Below, in pieces: positions 52,231 to 61,680 of a stretch of DNA of 64,000 nucleotides (the first letter of the stretch is position 1; each line of letters begins with the position of its first letter). A program made the position numbers and the translations under genes. Source of the stretch: an uncultured Methanoregulaceae archaeon (GTDB taxonomy: Archaea > Halobacteriota > Methanomicrobia > Methanomicrobiales > Methanospirillaceae); the NCBI GenBank assembly GCA_963737635.1, contig CAVTTL010000001.1, positions 704,001 through 768,000 of the forward strand, given 5' to 3'. Below the pieces are notes generated by a model. The model was not told the origin of the DNA. It ran no database searches and saw nothing but the letters and a program-made list of their open reading frames with translations.

Positions 52231-53057
52231 ATGCAGGAAACACAGAAAACAAGGATGCCCACCGGGATCGCGTCGCTCGATCCTATCCTGGCAGGGGGAG
52301 TCCCGCCGGGTACCCTGACTCTCCTTGTCGGGGATATCGGGGCAGGACACTATGAATTTGCCTACAGTTCTACGCTCAATTTGCTCGCAGGAAAAAATCG
52401 GCCCACTGACACCGGTACTCTCTCTCCGAAGAAGATCGTATATATTACGTTTACCCGGCTGGAGGCTGACATCCGCCATGAAATTGAACAGTCATTCCAG
52501 GCAGAAGGAGCAACGGAGCAAATGGACGGTATTGCCTTTGAGGATCTCTCGGATCTCTATTTTGACCGCAGCATCGTCCCTGATTCCTGGTACAGCCACA
52601 GCAATACCTTGACCCGGCTTCAGAAGCGTTCCGAACATGCAAATATTTTCATGAGACTCGCAGAGATTTTTACCACGGCAGAGCCGGACAGTATGATTAT
52701 CATTGATTCCATCACCGATATCGCCACGCAAACCGCCCTCCCCAGTCTCTGGGCTGACCTAACCGCCTTTCTCCGGGGCCTCCAGCGGCTCTCGAAAACG
52801 AGAAACCTGACCGTCTACCTCCTGCTCAGCAGGGGTATCATTGATGCGGCCAAGGAGATCGAGCTTGCCGATATTGCCGACGCTGTTTTTTATTCCGGTG
52901 GGAGGAGAGCGTCAGCTCAAGGCGCCAGAGGGTGATGTTCTTTGAAAAGTTCCGGGGAGTCATGCCTTATCTCGAAGAACGGGACCTGGTGAAATTTGCA
53001 GTCAGGATCTCCACTACCGGAGGATTCGAAGTGAGCAATATCAGGATGGTCATATGA
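52231..53057 (+). CDS. KaiC/RAD55-like ATPase with degenerate Walker A; frameshift in a T-run near 52890
   Basis: PTGIASLDPILAGGVPPG, GDIGAGHYEF, IIIDSIT; adding one T continues FRWEE...FEKFRG...GFEVSNIRMVI*. Confidence 0.82.
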
Positions 53058-53752
53058 AAGGCGAACGGGTAAAGATGGGTATCTCCGGCCTCGACGATAT
53101 GCTTGGAGGCGGGCTTCTTGCAGGAAGCATCTGTGCCATCATTGGGACATATGGTACAGGAAAAACCACCTTTTCCCTCGATTTTATCTGGGACGGACTC
53201 AAACGGGGGGAACGCGTTATTTACATCAGTCTCGAAGAACGTGAAGACAGACTTATCCTGTATATGAAACAAAAAGGCTGGGACGTCGAACCGTACCTGA
53301 ACAAATTCCTCTATATCATCAAACTTGATCCGACGGATTTCAATCTGGCAAACAACCGTATTAAAAATGAACTCCCGAACCTGATCAGTGAGATTGAGGC
53401 GAGCCGGGTAGTGATCGATCCGATTTCCCTGTTTGAGGATCTTTTCGGAAGCGATGCGGAGCGCCGCCGTGAGATGTTCCGGTTTATCGAAGGACTGCGG
53501 GACAAGGATTGCACTATAATGTTGACATCGGAAACGGACAGCAACAACGCATTCTCCAGCCGGCACGGCCTGATCGAGTATCTTGCCGATACCGTGATCC
53601 TGCTTCGCTATGTCCGTTCAAGTGATCTCACGGATGTTCACCTTGCACTTGAAGTGGTGAAAATGCGGATGTCGGCCCACTCCCGTGAGATCAAGCCGTA
53701 TGAGATCGAGCAGACCCAAGTAACAGTGTACTCGGAAGCGAACGTCTTCTGA
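53054..53752 (+). CDS. KaiC domain-containing ATPase
   Basis: GISGLDDMLGGG, GTYGTGKTT, SLEE, VVIDPIS, VVKMR. Confidence 0.92.
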   Translation: MKGERVKMGISGLDDMLGGGLLAGSICAIIGTYGTGKTTFSLDFIWDGLKRGERVIYISLEEREDRLILYMKQKGWDVEPYLNKFLYIIKLDPTDFNLANNRIKNELPNLISEIEASRVVIDPISLFEDLFGSDAERRREMFRFIEGLRDKDCTIMLTSETDSNNAFSSRHGLIEYLADTVILLRYVRSSDLTDVHLALEVVKMRMSAHSREIKPYEIEQTQVTVYSEANVF

Positions 53753-53833
53753 TGCCACTGTTACCGAACATTCGAGATCTACAACTAACGCCGGAAAATC
53801 TCTCTTTTGGCCCATTTTGGATTTTCCATTCTT

Positions 53834-54100
53834 TTATGAGACGGTTATACCGAATATATTGAGCAGAACGAGGATCAGTACGCCGGGAAGTCCCCCGATG
53901 CCGGATATGATAATCGTTGCCAGGTTGTAGCCCAGATCGGGCCTGCCCACCCACTGCATTACGTGGAGCGTGTTGAGGGCAAACAAAACAATGAGACCAA
54001 GAACGGCGTTGATGACCAGCACCGCTAGTTTTTTTACCAAATAATACGCTATGGCCAAGATCGCGATAATAAGGATGACCGCAAGGAGAACATCACTCAT
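53834..54100 (-). CDS. BofA (pro-sigmaK processing inhibitor) family membrane protein
   Basis: INAVLGLIVLFALN...NLATIIISGIGGLPGVLIL pattern; 88 aa. Confidence 0.8.
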   Translation of the reverse strand: MSDVLLAVILIIAILAIAYYLVKKLAVLVINAVLGLIVLFALNTLHVMQWVGRPDLGYNLATIIISGIGGLPGVLILVLLNIFGITVS

Positions 54101-54424
54101 AGTTATGTATCACTGTTATCTGGTTACCTCATAGTTATTTAATAAAATTGCTTCCAATTTGCCCGTTTTTTGGGCTGGAGATAACTGTGGTATGCGTTCA
54201 CCGAAAAGGCGGTTGACTTCGTTTTGATAAACATAAAACATTTATTTGCCTTAAAGATAAAATAAAAAGCGTAAACCATATTTCGTACAACCAACAAATA
54301 TTCTCTTCCTTGTGACATCATCGTTCAGACCGGGCATGAGGATATCCATTCCGAATTCCGGGATGAATGGGGCATTTCCACTGCCTTTCGATCTGTGTGC
54401 ACTAAGAATAGAGGAAGGGCTTCC

Positions 54425-56644
54425 ATGACGACGGGGATTTTTATCCTGACAACTGTTGGTGTCGCTCTGGTACTTACCGGGGGCATCAGGTTTCGATTGC
54501 CCCGGTTGAACAAAACCGGTGACACAGCAAATCCCGCAACTGATTTCTCTCCGGTGGCGAGTTCCCGGAAAGATAAAATGCCTACCGCTGGAGGCCCCGG
54601 AAACTACTACCAGAAAATCATCACTGCGCTCTCCAGCCGTTCGGTTAAAGGAAGTCTCCTCCTCTTGACCACTGCAGTAGTAGCGTTGGTCACCGGTGTC
54701 GTCGTGCTGTTCGTTGATATGCCCATTCTCCTGATGGGCATCCTGTCCGTCGTCTCTCTCGCCATGTTGATCCTTTGTATGGCAGCAATCCGTACACGTT
54801 TTTTCCGGGCTCAACCGACCCCCGACAACATTGCGCCGGATAAGAGCCCGGGCGCAAAAACTCCTCAACAGCCAGTTCAAACAAGGCTCGTTTCACCGTA
54901 CCTCCGGTTGCTCCGATCGATGGGAAACCGGACAGGTCGCGGCGATGCGGTGATCCTTGCCTTCTGTCTCGTAGGAATCCCTGCGGCATATATCACATCC
55001 TTTATCGATCTGCCACTGATGCTTCTGGTACTCTTCGGCATCCTTTCATTCGCCGCACTCGGGACCGCCTGCATCGCAGCAGTATTCAGGTTTGCCCCGG
55101 AAAAGGGGGTCGTGCTCCTGCCTGATCCGAACAAGACCACTCCTTGTGCCCCCGAACCTCTTGCCCCCGGGGCCGGCACGTCAGGTCCCGTGCAGGAACC
55201 GGTGACTGCATCACTCCCAGAAAAACCGGAGGGCGGAACCCGTGATGTGTACTGGGTCCAGCCGCCGTTTGCCTATATAAAAATCGTCCGGCAGGGAAAC
55301 CTGGGTTTTGTCTACACCGTCATCGAACCGGTGCTAACAACCCGGGAGAAGATCCTCCTTCAGGAGACCTACAATCACCTGCGCGATGTCATCATCTTCG
55401 ACAACCCGGAAAAATCCCCTCACGACCTGCTTAACCAAGAGAACATCTACCGCATCCTCCGGGAAAACGATCCCACGATCGCCCCTGAACGCTACCCCGT
55501 TCTCGGCTATTTCCTGAAGCGCGATCTTTCGGGATTCGGCCCGCTCGAACCTCTCATGCACGACCAGGCACTTGAGGATATCAGTTGTAATGGCGAGGAC
55601 CTGCCGGTCTTTATCTTTCACCGTATCTACGGCAGCCTCCGGACGAGCGTCCTGTTCCGGAAAGGGGAGTTCAACCAGTTCGTTTTAAAGCTCGCCCAGA
55701 AGGCCAACAAGCAGATCTCACTTTCAAACCCCATGGTGGACGCTGCCCTTCCCGACGGTTCGCGGGTCCAGGTCACCTACAGCAATGTCATATCCACCAA
55801 CGGTAGTTCCTTTACGATCCGTAAATTCCGTGCCGATCCGATGACACCACTCGATCTCATAAAGTTAGGAACCTACAATAGCGAGATCCTTGCCTTTCTC
55901 TGGCTGGTCATAGAGCACCGGAGAAGCCTGATCGTTGCCGGCGGTACGGCAAGCGGCAAAACCTCGACCATGAATGCACTCTCCCTGTTTATCCCGCTCA
56001 ACTCAAAGATCGTATCCCTGGAGGATACCCGGGAGATCCAACTTCCCCACAAGAACTGGCTGGCGACCCAGACACGGGAACTGAATATACCGGGAATGCC
56101 GGGGGATGTCGATCTCTTTTCCCTCCTGAAATCTTCCATGCGACAGCGACCGGAGTATATCATCGTCGGAGAAGTACGCGGCAAGGAGGCCCAGACATTA
56201 TTTCAGGCAATGAACACCGGCCACGCAACCCTTTCAACCATCCATGCCGGCAGCGTCCAGGAATCCATCAACCGGCTCACCCACGAACCGATCAATGTCC
56301 CTACGGTCATGTTTACCGCACTCGATCTGGTCGTTAACCAAGCCGTATTCACCTACGGCAACAACCGCGTACGGCGCTGCGCTGCCATTCACGAGATCTC
56401 TGTGGACGCCCAAGGGATCATCATCCCGGTCAAACTGTACGAGTGGGATGTCGGCGGCGACCGGTTCAACAAAGTGGCGCCAGATTCACGGGTACTGAAT
56501 GAGATTGCCGCGATGCGGAACTGGTCGAAAGAAAAGCTCGCAGAAGAGATCACGCGACGTGAAGAATTCCTGAATGTCGCACTGGATGTCCCCACACCGG
56601 ATATCCTCGATCTCGCAAATGCGATCCACGAGCTTGGGGAATGA
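54425..56644 (+). CDS. Type IV pilus assembly ATPase with N-terminal transmembrane extension
   Basis: About 270-aa extension with five hydrophobic segments, then YWVQPPFAY, LEDISCNG, GGTASGKTS, GEVRG, TGHATLSTIHA. Confidence 0.9.
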   Translation: MTTGIFILTTVGVALVLTGGIRFRLPRLNKTGDTANPATDFSPVASSRKDKMPTAGGPGNYYQKIITALSSRSVKGSLLLLTTAVVALVTGVVVLFVDMPILLMGILSVVSLAMLILCMAAIRTRFFRAQPTPDNIAPDKSPGAKTPQQPVQTRLVSPYLRLLRSMGNRTGRGDAVILAFCLVGIPAAYITSFIDLPLMLLVLFGILSFAALGTACIAAVFRFAPEKGVVLLPDPNKTTPCAPEPLAPGAGTSGPVQEPVTASLPEKPEGGTRDVYWVQPPFAYIKIVRQGNLGFVYTVIEPVLTTREKILLQETYNHLRDVIIFDNPEKSPHDLLNQENIYRILRENDPTIAPERYPVLGYFLKRDLSGFGPLEPLMHDQALEDISCNGEDLPVFIFHRIYGSLRTSVLFRKGEFNQFVLKLAQKANKQISLSNPMVDAALPDGSRVQVTYSNVISTNGSSFTIRKFRADPMTPLDLIKLGTYNSEILAFLWLVIEHRRSLIVAGGTASGKTSTMNALSLFIPLNSKIVSLEDTREIQLPHKNWLATQTRELNIPGMPGDVDLFSLLKSSMRQRPEYIIVGEVRGKEAQTLFQAMNTGHATLSTIHAGSVQESINRLTHEPINVPTVMFTALDLVVNQAVFTYGNNRVRRCAAIHEISVDAQGIIIPVKLYEWDVGGDRFNKVAPDSRVLNEIAAMRNWSKEKLAEEITRREEFLNVALDVPTPDILDLANAIHELGE

Positions 56645-56645
56645 A

Positions 56646-58478
56646 ATGACCGTTTTTTCGTCTCTGAGATCGGCTGGATCCTCGCTTGAAAAATTTGAGC
56701 TCGTGGTTCTTGGAGTTAATCTCAAGAATGATCTCCGCTCCTCGCACCTTCCCTTTACCGCCGAACAGTACCTCCGTTCCATAAGGATCAACTCGGCCGC
56801 ATCGATCGCGTTTTTTTTCGGGTTTTTTGCTTTTGTCCAGATAACAGGATACGATTTCGGGCTTTTTACCTTAATTCCTCCGTTATTGTTCTGGATCTTT
56901 TTGTTTGCCATGTGCGTACCGGGAGTGTATATATTCCAGATCTACTACCCCGTAATGCTGGCACGGGGGAGACAATCAAAAATCGATCTTGACCTGCCCT
57001 ATGCCGTCTCGTACATGCAGGCCCTCTCCACTACGATGTCCCCCTTCGAAGTCGTAAAAAAAATTTATGAGGAAAAATCCATGTTCAGCGAGGTCTCGCT
57101 TGAGTTCGGCCAAGTGGTGCGGGATGTGGAACTTTTCGGCGATGACCTGATAACGGCGCTGCGCAACGTCCAGAAGACCACCCCCTCACCTCTTTTCCGG
57201 GACTTTATCAACGATCTGGGGGTGGTTTACGAAAGCGGTGGCGATATAACCTCGTACCTCTCTTCAAAGACCGCATTTTTTCATGAGCAGGCACGGCGGG
57301 AGCTCGATCTGTTACTCAAGACCATCGAGATCATGGCAGAGGTGTATGTCTCTGCTTTTGTTGCGGGGCCCATAGCCCTCATTATCATGATCGTGGCCCA
57401 GGGAATGACCAGCCAATCGGCAATGGACTGGATCCTTCCCTTCATGTATTTGGTAATCCCTGTCGGGGCCATCGTAATGATCTGGATGCTCTCGATCATG
57501 CTGCCCCCGGAAAATCTTGAGATCACCAGAAGGGAGATGGTTGATACCGGATTCAGCTCCGGGATATCCATTGAAGACGATCCTTTCAGCGAGGAACCCG
57601 CATTTTACAAGTCCATTGAAGCAAAGAGAAAAGAACGCAGGATCTACACGTTGCTTCGTCATCCTTTTCGCTCGTATATCACCAACTATAATTACGGGCT
57701 GATTGCCGGGGCAGCCTGTGCCGGTATTTTTGTCGTACTGTTTATGACGGGGGGAGACAACGCCATTTTCCCGAAGAATGCATTTGAGGCCGGCGTCTGT
57801 CTTATTCTCATCGGATTCATGGCGCCGATATCTCTTGCCTATGAGGGGCGGCGGTGGTACGTCAGAAACGTAGAGGCCAATATTCCTGAGTTCCTGCGTG
57901 AACTCTCTGACATGATCGAGATTGGTCTTACGTTACCGGATGCGATCCATCGCATCGCCAATGCAAAACTGGGTCTTTTGAGCTCAGAGCTTGCCATCGT
58001 ATCACGGGAGGTGAGCACCGGCGAATACATTAACTCTGCGCTGGTGCGTATGGAAGAAAGGATCGGCCTCGTATCGGTCAAACGGGCAATATCCCTGCTG
58101 GTGAAGGCAAGTGAAATCACGTCCAACCTGAGGGACATTTTTATTATCGCTATTTCCGACTTCGAACATTACCTGAAGCTCGGGAGCGAACGGGCCAATA
58201 CCGCCATAGTGTACGTGATGATCATCTACCTTTCGTTTGGCATCTATCTCTACACGGCGTACCAGCTCAACGGGCCCTTTATGTCGAGTTTCTCCTCATT
58301 TAACCTCAGTTTCAATCTCTCCCAGAACGTTACGGAAATGTTTGATATCGCAGTTATCCTCGGCCTCTTCTCCGGCATCATGGCTGGCCAATTCAGTTCG
58401 AATAGCGTCCTTGCGGGGTTCAAGCACAGCATCGTCCTTCTCGCGGCGGCGGTGGCGATGTTTGTATTTATCATATAA
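56646..58478 (+). CDS. Type IV pilus platform protein (TadC/ArlJ-like)
   Basis: DLPYAVSYMQAL, TTPSPLFRDF, IPEFLRELSD, GIMAGQFS...AGFKH. Confidence 0.92.
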   Translation: MTVFSSLRSAGSSLEKFELVVLGVNLKNDLRSSHLPFTAEQYLRSIRINSAASIAFFFGFFAFVQITGYDFGLFTLIPPLLFWIFLFAMCVPGVYIFQIYYPVMLARGRQSKIDLDLPYAVSYMQALSTTMSPFEVVKKIYEEKSMFSEVSLEFGQVVRDVELFGDDLITALRNVQKTTPSPLFRDFINDLGVVYESGGDITSYLSSKTAFFHEQARRELDLLLKTIEIMAEVYVSAFVAGPIALIIMIVAQGMTSQSAMDWILPFMYLVIPVGAIVMIWMLSIMLPPENLEITRREMVDTGFSSGISIEDDPFSEEPAFYKSIEAKRKERRIYTLLRHPFRSYITNYNYGLIAGAACAGIFVVLFMTGGDNAIFPKNAFEAGVCLILIGFMAPISLAYEGRRWYVRNVEANIPEFLRELSDMIEIGLTLPDAIHRIANAKLGLLSSELAIVSREVSTGEYINSALVRMEERIGLVSVKRAISLLVKASEITSNLRDIFIIAISDFEHYLKLGSERANTAIVYVMIIYLSFGIYLYTAYQLNGPFMSSFSSFNLSFNLSQNVTEMFDIAVILGLFSGIMAGQFSSNSVLAGFKHSIVLLAAAVAMFVFII

Positions 58479-58488
58479 GGGAGAGACC

Positions 58489-58947
58489 ATGAGGCACAAA
58501 AAAAGAACCGGAGATCAGGCAGTTTCAGAAGTCGTAGGTGAAATGCTCATGATCGGGATAGTACTGATCCTTGCCGCTGTTTTCACCTCGCAGCTCCCCA
58601 ATTACCTGCCTTCAGAACGCAGTCCCTCGGTTACCGTCATGATGAGCACTGATACCTTCGGAGACGTTACCTTATGGCACAAAGGAGGTGACTGGGTGAA
58701 AGTCAGTACCCTTAAAGTTATAATCTCGAATACAACCGGACCTGTCCCCGGAGAGCGTGTCTTTACCTTCGCAGATCCGAGCACCTTCATATTCGTCCCT
58801 GATTCAGCAGAAGCCAACGATACTCAGACGTTTGATCTCGGTGGTAATATCACCATTATTTCCGGCTTAACCTTTGACAGGAATACAACAATTACCCTTG
58901 CTACCGATCGTGCTGTGATCTTCACGGGTGCCGTGAGTGGTGAATAG
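58489..58947 (+). CDS. Archaeal type IV pilin (DUF1628-like)
   Basis: Class III signal peptide MRHKKRTGDQA|VSEVVGEMLMIGIVLIL and HKGGD motif. Confidence 0.88.
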   Translation: MRHKKRTGDQAVSEVVGEMLMIGIVLILAAVFTSQLPNYLPSERSPSVTVMMSTDTFGDVTLWHKGGDWVKVSTLKVIISNTTGPVPGERVFTFADPSTFIFVPDSAEANDTQTFDLGGNITIISGLTFDRNTTITLATDRAVIFTGAVSGE

Positions 58948-58949
58948 AA

Positions 58950-59897
58950 ATGAGAGACGATGCACTTGCCCCGGTCATTGCCGCAATGCTCATCCTGGCG
59001 GCAATAGTTACCTTCTTTTCGATCTATAATGCGATCTATGTCCCCTCGATGAAAGAGTCCTCGGAGGTCGACCACCTTCATAATGTAGAATCATCATTCC
59101 AGCATTTTTCATCGGATGTCGATAATGCGGCCTCATCGCACCAAAACAACCTCGTTTTCAGCGAACCGGTCCAGCTCGGCGGCGGCGATTTTATGTTTAA
59201 CCTGCTCAAATCAAGCGGAACGCTGAATGTACAGAATGAAGGGGATCCGATCTATAATTTAACCATCACAAACGAAACAGGGTCACAGATCGTTCTCTTC
59301 AACGGAACGATAGTAACTTTCTCTTATGAACCCACCGGCAATTTCTGGCAGGATCAGGGGTACCAGTGGCAGTACGGCTACCTCAATGTCACAAAATACG
59401 GTACACTTATCACACCACTTCAATATTACACTATGACCGATGTGAACAATGCATTTAATAATCCCGATTCACCGCTTGCGTCGCTTGCCTCGTCATTTGG
59501 AGAGGTTGATTATGCCATCAACGAGACAGAGCCCTCAGATGATGTCAATCCGGGCGGGAATTGTTCTAATCTCAATTTATGGGCGGTTAACGTGACCACG
59601 TCGCCCGAACATAATTTTATCAGCAGCAACGGGTACGGCACGCTCAGCCTCACTTCTACAATAAACAAAACGATCTATTTTAACGTAGCGAATATTTCAG
59701 TTGGATCCGACAATGAGGCATTTGGGGACGCGACCCTCAATAGCTGGAACATCGGTTTTATTGCAGCGACAACTGGCTGCCCGGGCGACATAGGGCCCGA
59801 TCCTATAATTCACCAGCAATGGAATGTTACGCAGACAATCGATCGCCCGGTGACCGTTACCGTCAATACAGTAAATATCGAGATCAGTGTACACTGA
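58950..59897 (+). CDS. Large pilin-like protein
   Basis: MRDDA|LAPVIAAMLILAAIV class III-like signal, YVPSMKESSEVDH, many N-x-S/T sequons. Confidence 0.78.
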   Translation: MRDDALAPVIAAMLILAAIVTFFSIYNAIYVPSMKESSEVDHLHNVESSFQHFSSDVDNAASSHQNNLVFSEPVQLGGGDFMFNLLKSSGTLNVQNEGDPIYNLTITNETGSQIVLFNGTIVTFSYEPTGNFWQDQGYQWQYGYLNVTKYGTLITPLQYYTMTDVNNAFNNPDSPLASLASSFGEVDYAINETEPSDDVNPGGNCSNLNLWAVNVTTSPEHNFISSNGYGTLSLTSTINKTIYFNVANISVGSDNEAFGDATLNSWNIGFIAATTGCPGDIGPDPIIHQQWNVTQTIDRPVTVTVNTVNIEISVH

Positions 59898-59926
59898 TAG
59901 TTAACGCATCATCCCCCGGACACTTC

Positions 59927-60706
59927 CTAGGGCCAAGAAGTAGTACTCTCGGATGCCGCCGTCACAAGATTCCGGGTATAGGTTTCACTCGGATTACGGA
60001 GGATGTCTTGTGTCGCTCCCTTTTCGACAATTGATCCGTGATGCATCACTGCCACCGAATCGCTCATCTGCCCGATAATCTGGAGGTCGTGGGAGATGAG
60101 GAGGAGCGTAAGATTGGACTTTTTCTGGATAGACTTTATCAGGCTGAGCACCTGCGCTTGTACCGAGAGATCGAGTGCGGCTGTTGGTTCATCAGCAACA
60201 ATAAATTCAGGATTGAGTGAAAGAACCCGGGCCAACGCAACCCTCTGCTTCTGGCCCCCCGAGATCTCGAAGGGGTACCGGTCGATAAGATCAGATTGAA
60301 GCCCGACCTCTTCGAGCAGGCCAAGGATACGGTCTTCCATCTCATCCGGCCCGGCCCGTTTCCCAATCTCCAAGGGCTCCGCTACACATTCTCGGATAGT
60401 CATACGGGGATCGAGCGATGTATCCGGATCCTGAAACAGGATCTGCATCCGGGGCCTGATTTTCCGGAGTTCCTTCCCGGAAAGCCCGGTCAGATCGATG
60501 CCATCAAAAGATACTTTCCCGCTCGTCGGTTCGATAAGCCGGAGCGCAATCCGGCCAAGCGTGGACTTTCCGCTCCCGCTCTCCCCGACAAGGCCAAGCG
60601 TCTCCCCTTTTTTAATCGATAGGGAGACATCATTCACTGCAACGGTCTTCTGCCGGCGAAGAAACCCTTTTGTGTAGACCTTGGTGATTCCGTCGAATTC
60701 AATCAT
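59927..60706 (-). CDS. Peptide/nickel ABC transporter ATP-binding subunit (OppF-like)
   Basis: GESGSGKST, FQDP, ISGGQKQR, ADEPTAALD. Confidence 0.93.
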   Translation of the reverse strand: MIEFDGITKVYTKGFLRRQKTVAVNDVSLSIKKGETLGLVGESGSGKSTLGRIALRLIEPTSGKVSFDGIDLTGLSGKELRKIRPRMQILFQDPDTSLDPRMTIRECVAEPLEIGKRAGPDEMEDRILGLLEEVGLQSDLIDRYPFEISGGQKQRVALARVLSLNPEFIVADEPTAALDLSVQAQVLSLIKSIQKKSNLTLLLISHDLQIIGQMSDSVAVMHHGSIVEKGATQDILRNPSETYTRNLVTAASESTTSWP

Positions 60707-61637
60707 ACAAGAAACACCGGACCTGACGGGTACCGCCAACACTTGTTGTTCCGGGGTGTTCCGTTTTGCACCGATCCCACGCTGCCGGGCACCGATTAAA
60801 GAACCTGCATCCCTCCGGTAAGTGAGAGGGCGAAGGGCTCGTTCCGGGAATCGAGTGAAGGCCGGCAGAAGGAAGAGACGAGAGCAGCCCCTTAGTGTAG
60901 GGATGGAGAGGCATGCCGAATACTTCCTTTGTTGGTCCGGTTTCTACGATCTCGCCGGCATACATCACGGCGATCCGGGTACAGAGGAACGATGCCGTTC
61001 CTAGATCGTGGGTGATCAGAAACAATGTCCGGTTTCCCGCAACCTTTTCTTTGATCAGATGAAGGATTTGGATCTTGATCTGTGCATCCAGCCCTGATGT
61101 CGGCTCATCGGCGATAATAACCCGGGGATTGCAGATAAGCGCGAGCGCAATAAGGATCCGTTCCCTCATTCCCCCAGAGAACTCGTGGGGATAGCGGCCT
61201 GCAGCCTGCACCGGATCCTCGAATCCAAGAGCATCAAGCAGCCGGATTACCTCCTTTTCCGCTTCATCGGCAGAACAAAGATGATGGATCAAGAGCGGCT
61301 CTGCGATCTGGTCGCCCACCTTCATTACCGGATTGAGGGTATTTGCAGAATTCTGGGAGATCATGGCAATCTCCTTGCCCCGGATCTGCCGTATCGCATT
61401 TTCCGGTGCAGTCACGAGATCCTGCCCGCCGTACCGGATGGTGCCGCTGATCCCGGCATTTTTCGGCAGAAGGCCCATTACGGCCATACCCATAACCGTC
61501 TTTCCGCACCCGGATTCACCGATAAGGCTTAGAGTGTCGCCTTCGCTGAGGGTAAGATCAACCGTGTCCACAGCCCGTATTTTTCCGGAGCGGGTTAAAA
61601 AAACCACGTTCAGGCCGGCGATCCGTATCAGTTCCAT
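60699..61637 (-). CDS. Peptide/nickel ABC transporter ATP-binding subunit (OppD-like)
   Basis: GESGCGKT, FSGGMRER, ADEPT, HPYTKGLL, GCRF..RC C-terminal domain. Confidence 0.94.
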   Translation of the reverse strand: MELIRIAGLNVVFLTRSGKIRAVDTVDLTLSEGDTLSLIGESGCGKTVMGMAVMGLLPKNAGISGTIRYGGQDLVTAPENAIRQIRGKEIAMISQNSANTLNPVMKVGDQIAEPLLIHHLCSADEAEKEVIRLLDALGFEDPVQAAGRYPHEFSGGMRERILIALALICNPRVIIADEPTSGLDAQIKIQILHLIKEKVAGNRTLFLITHDLGTASFLCTRIAVMYAGEIVETGPTKEVFGMPLHPYTKGLLSSLPSAGLHSIPGTSPSPSHLPEGCRFFNRCPAAWDRCKTEHPGTTSVGGTRQVRCFLYD

Positions 61638-61680
61638 CCCCGATGCCTCCAGGCTGCATACTCATGCGGACCGGGGATGC

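Noticed and set aside
48365-59897. Archaellum operon
   Set aside because: No archaellin, ArlC/D/E or ArlF/G genes; pilins are DUF1628-like
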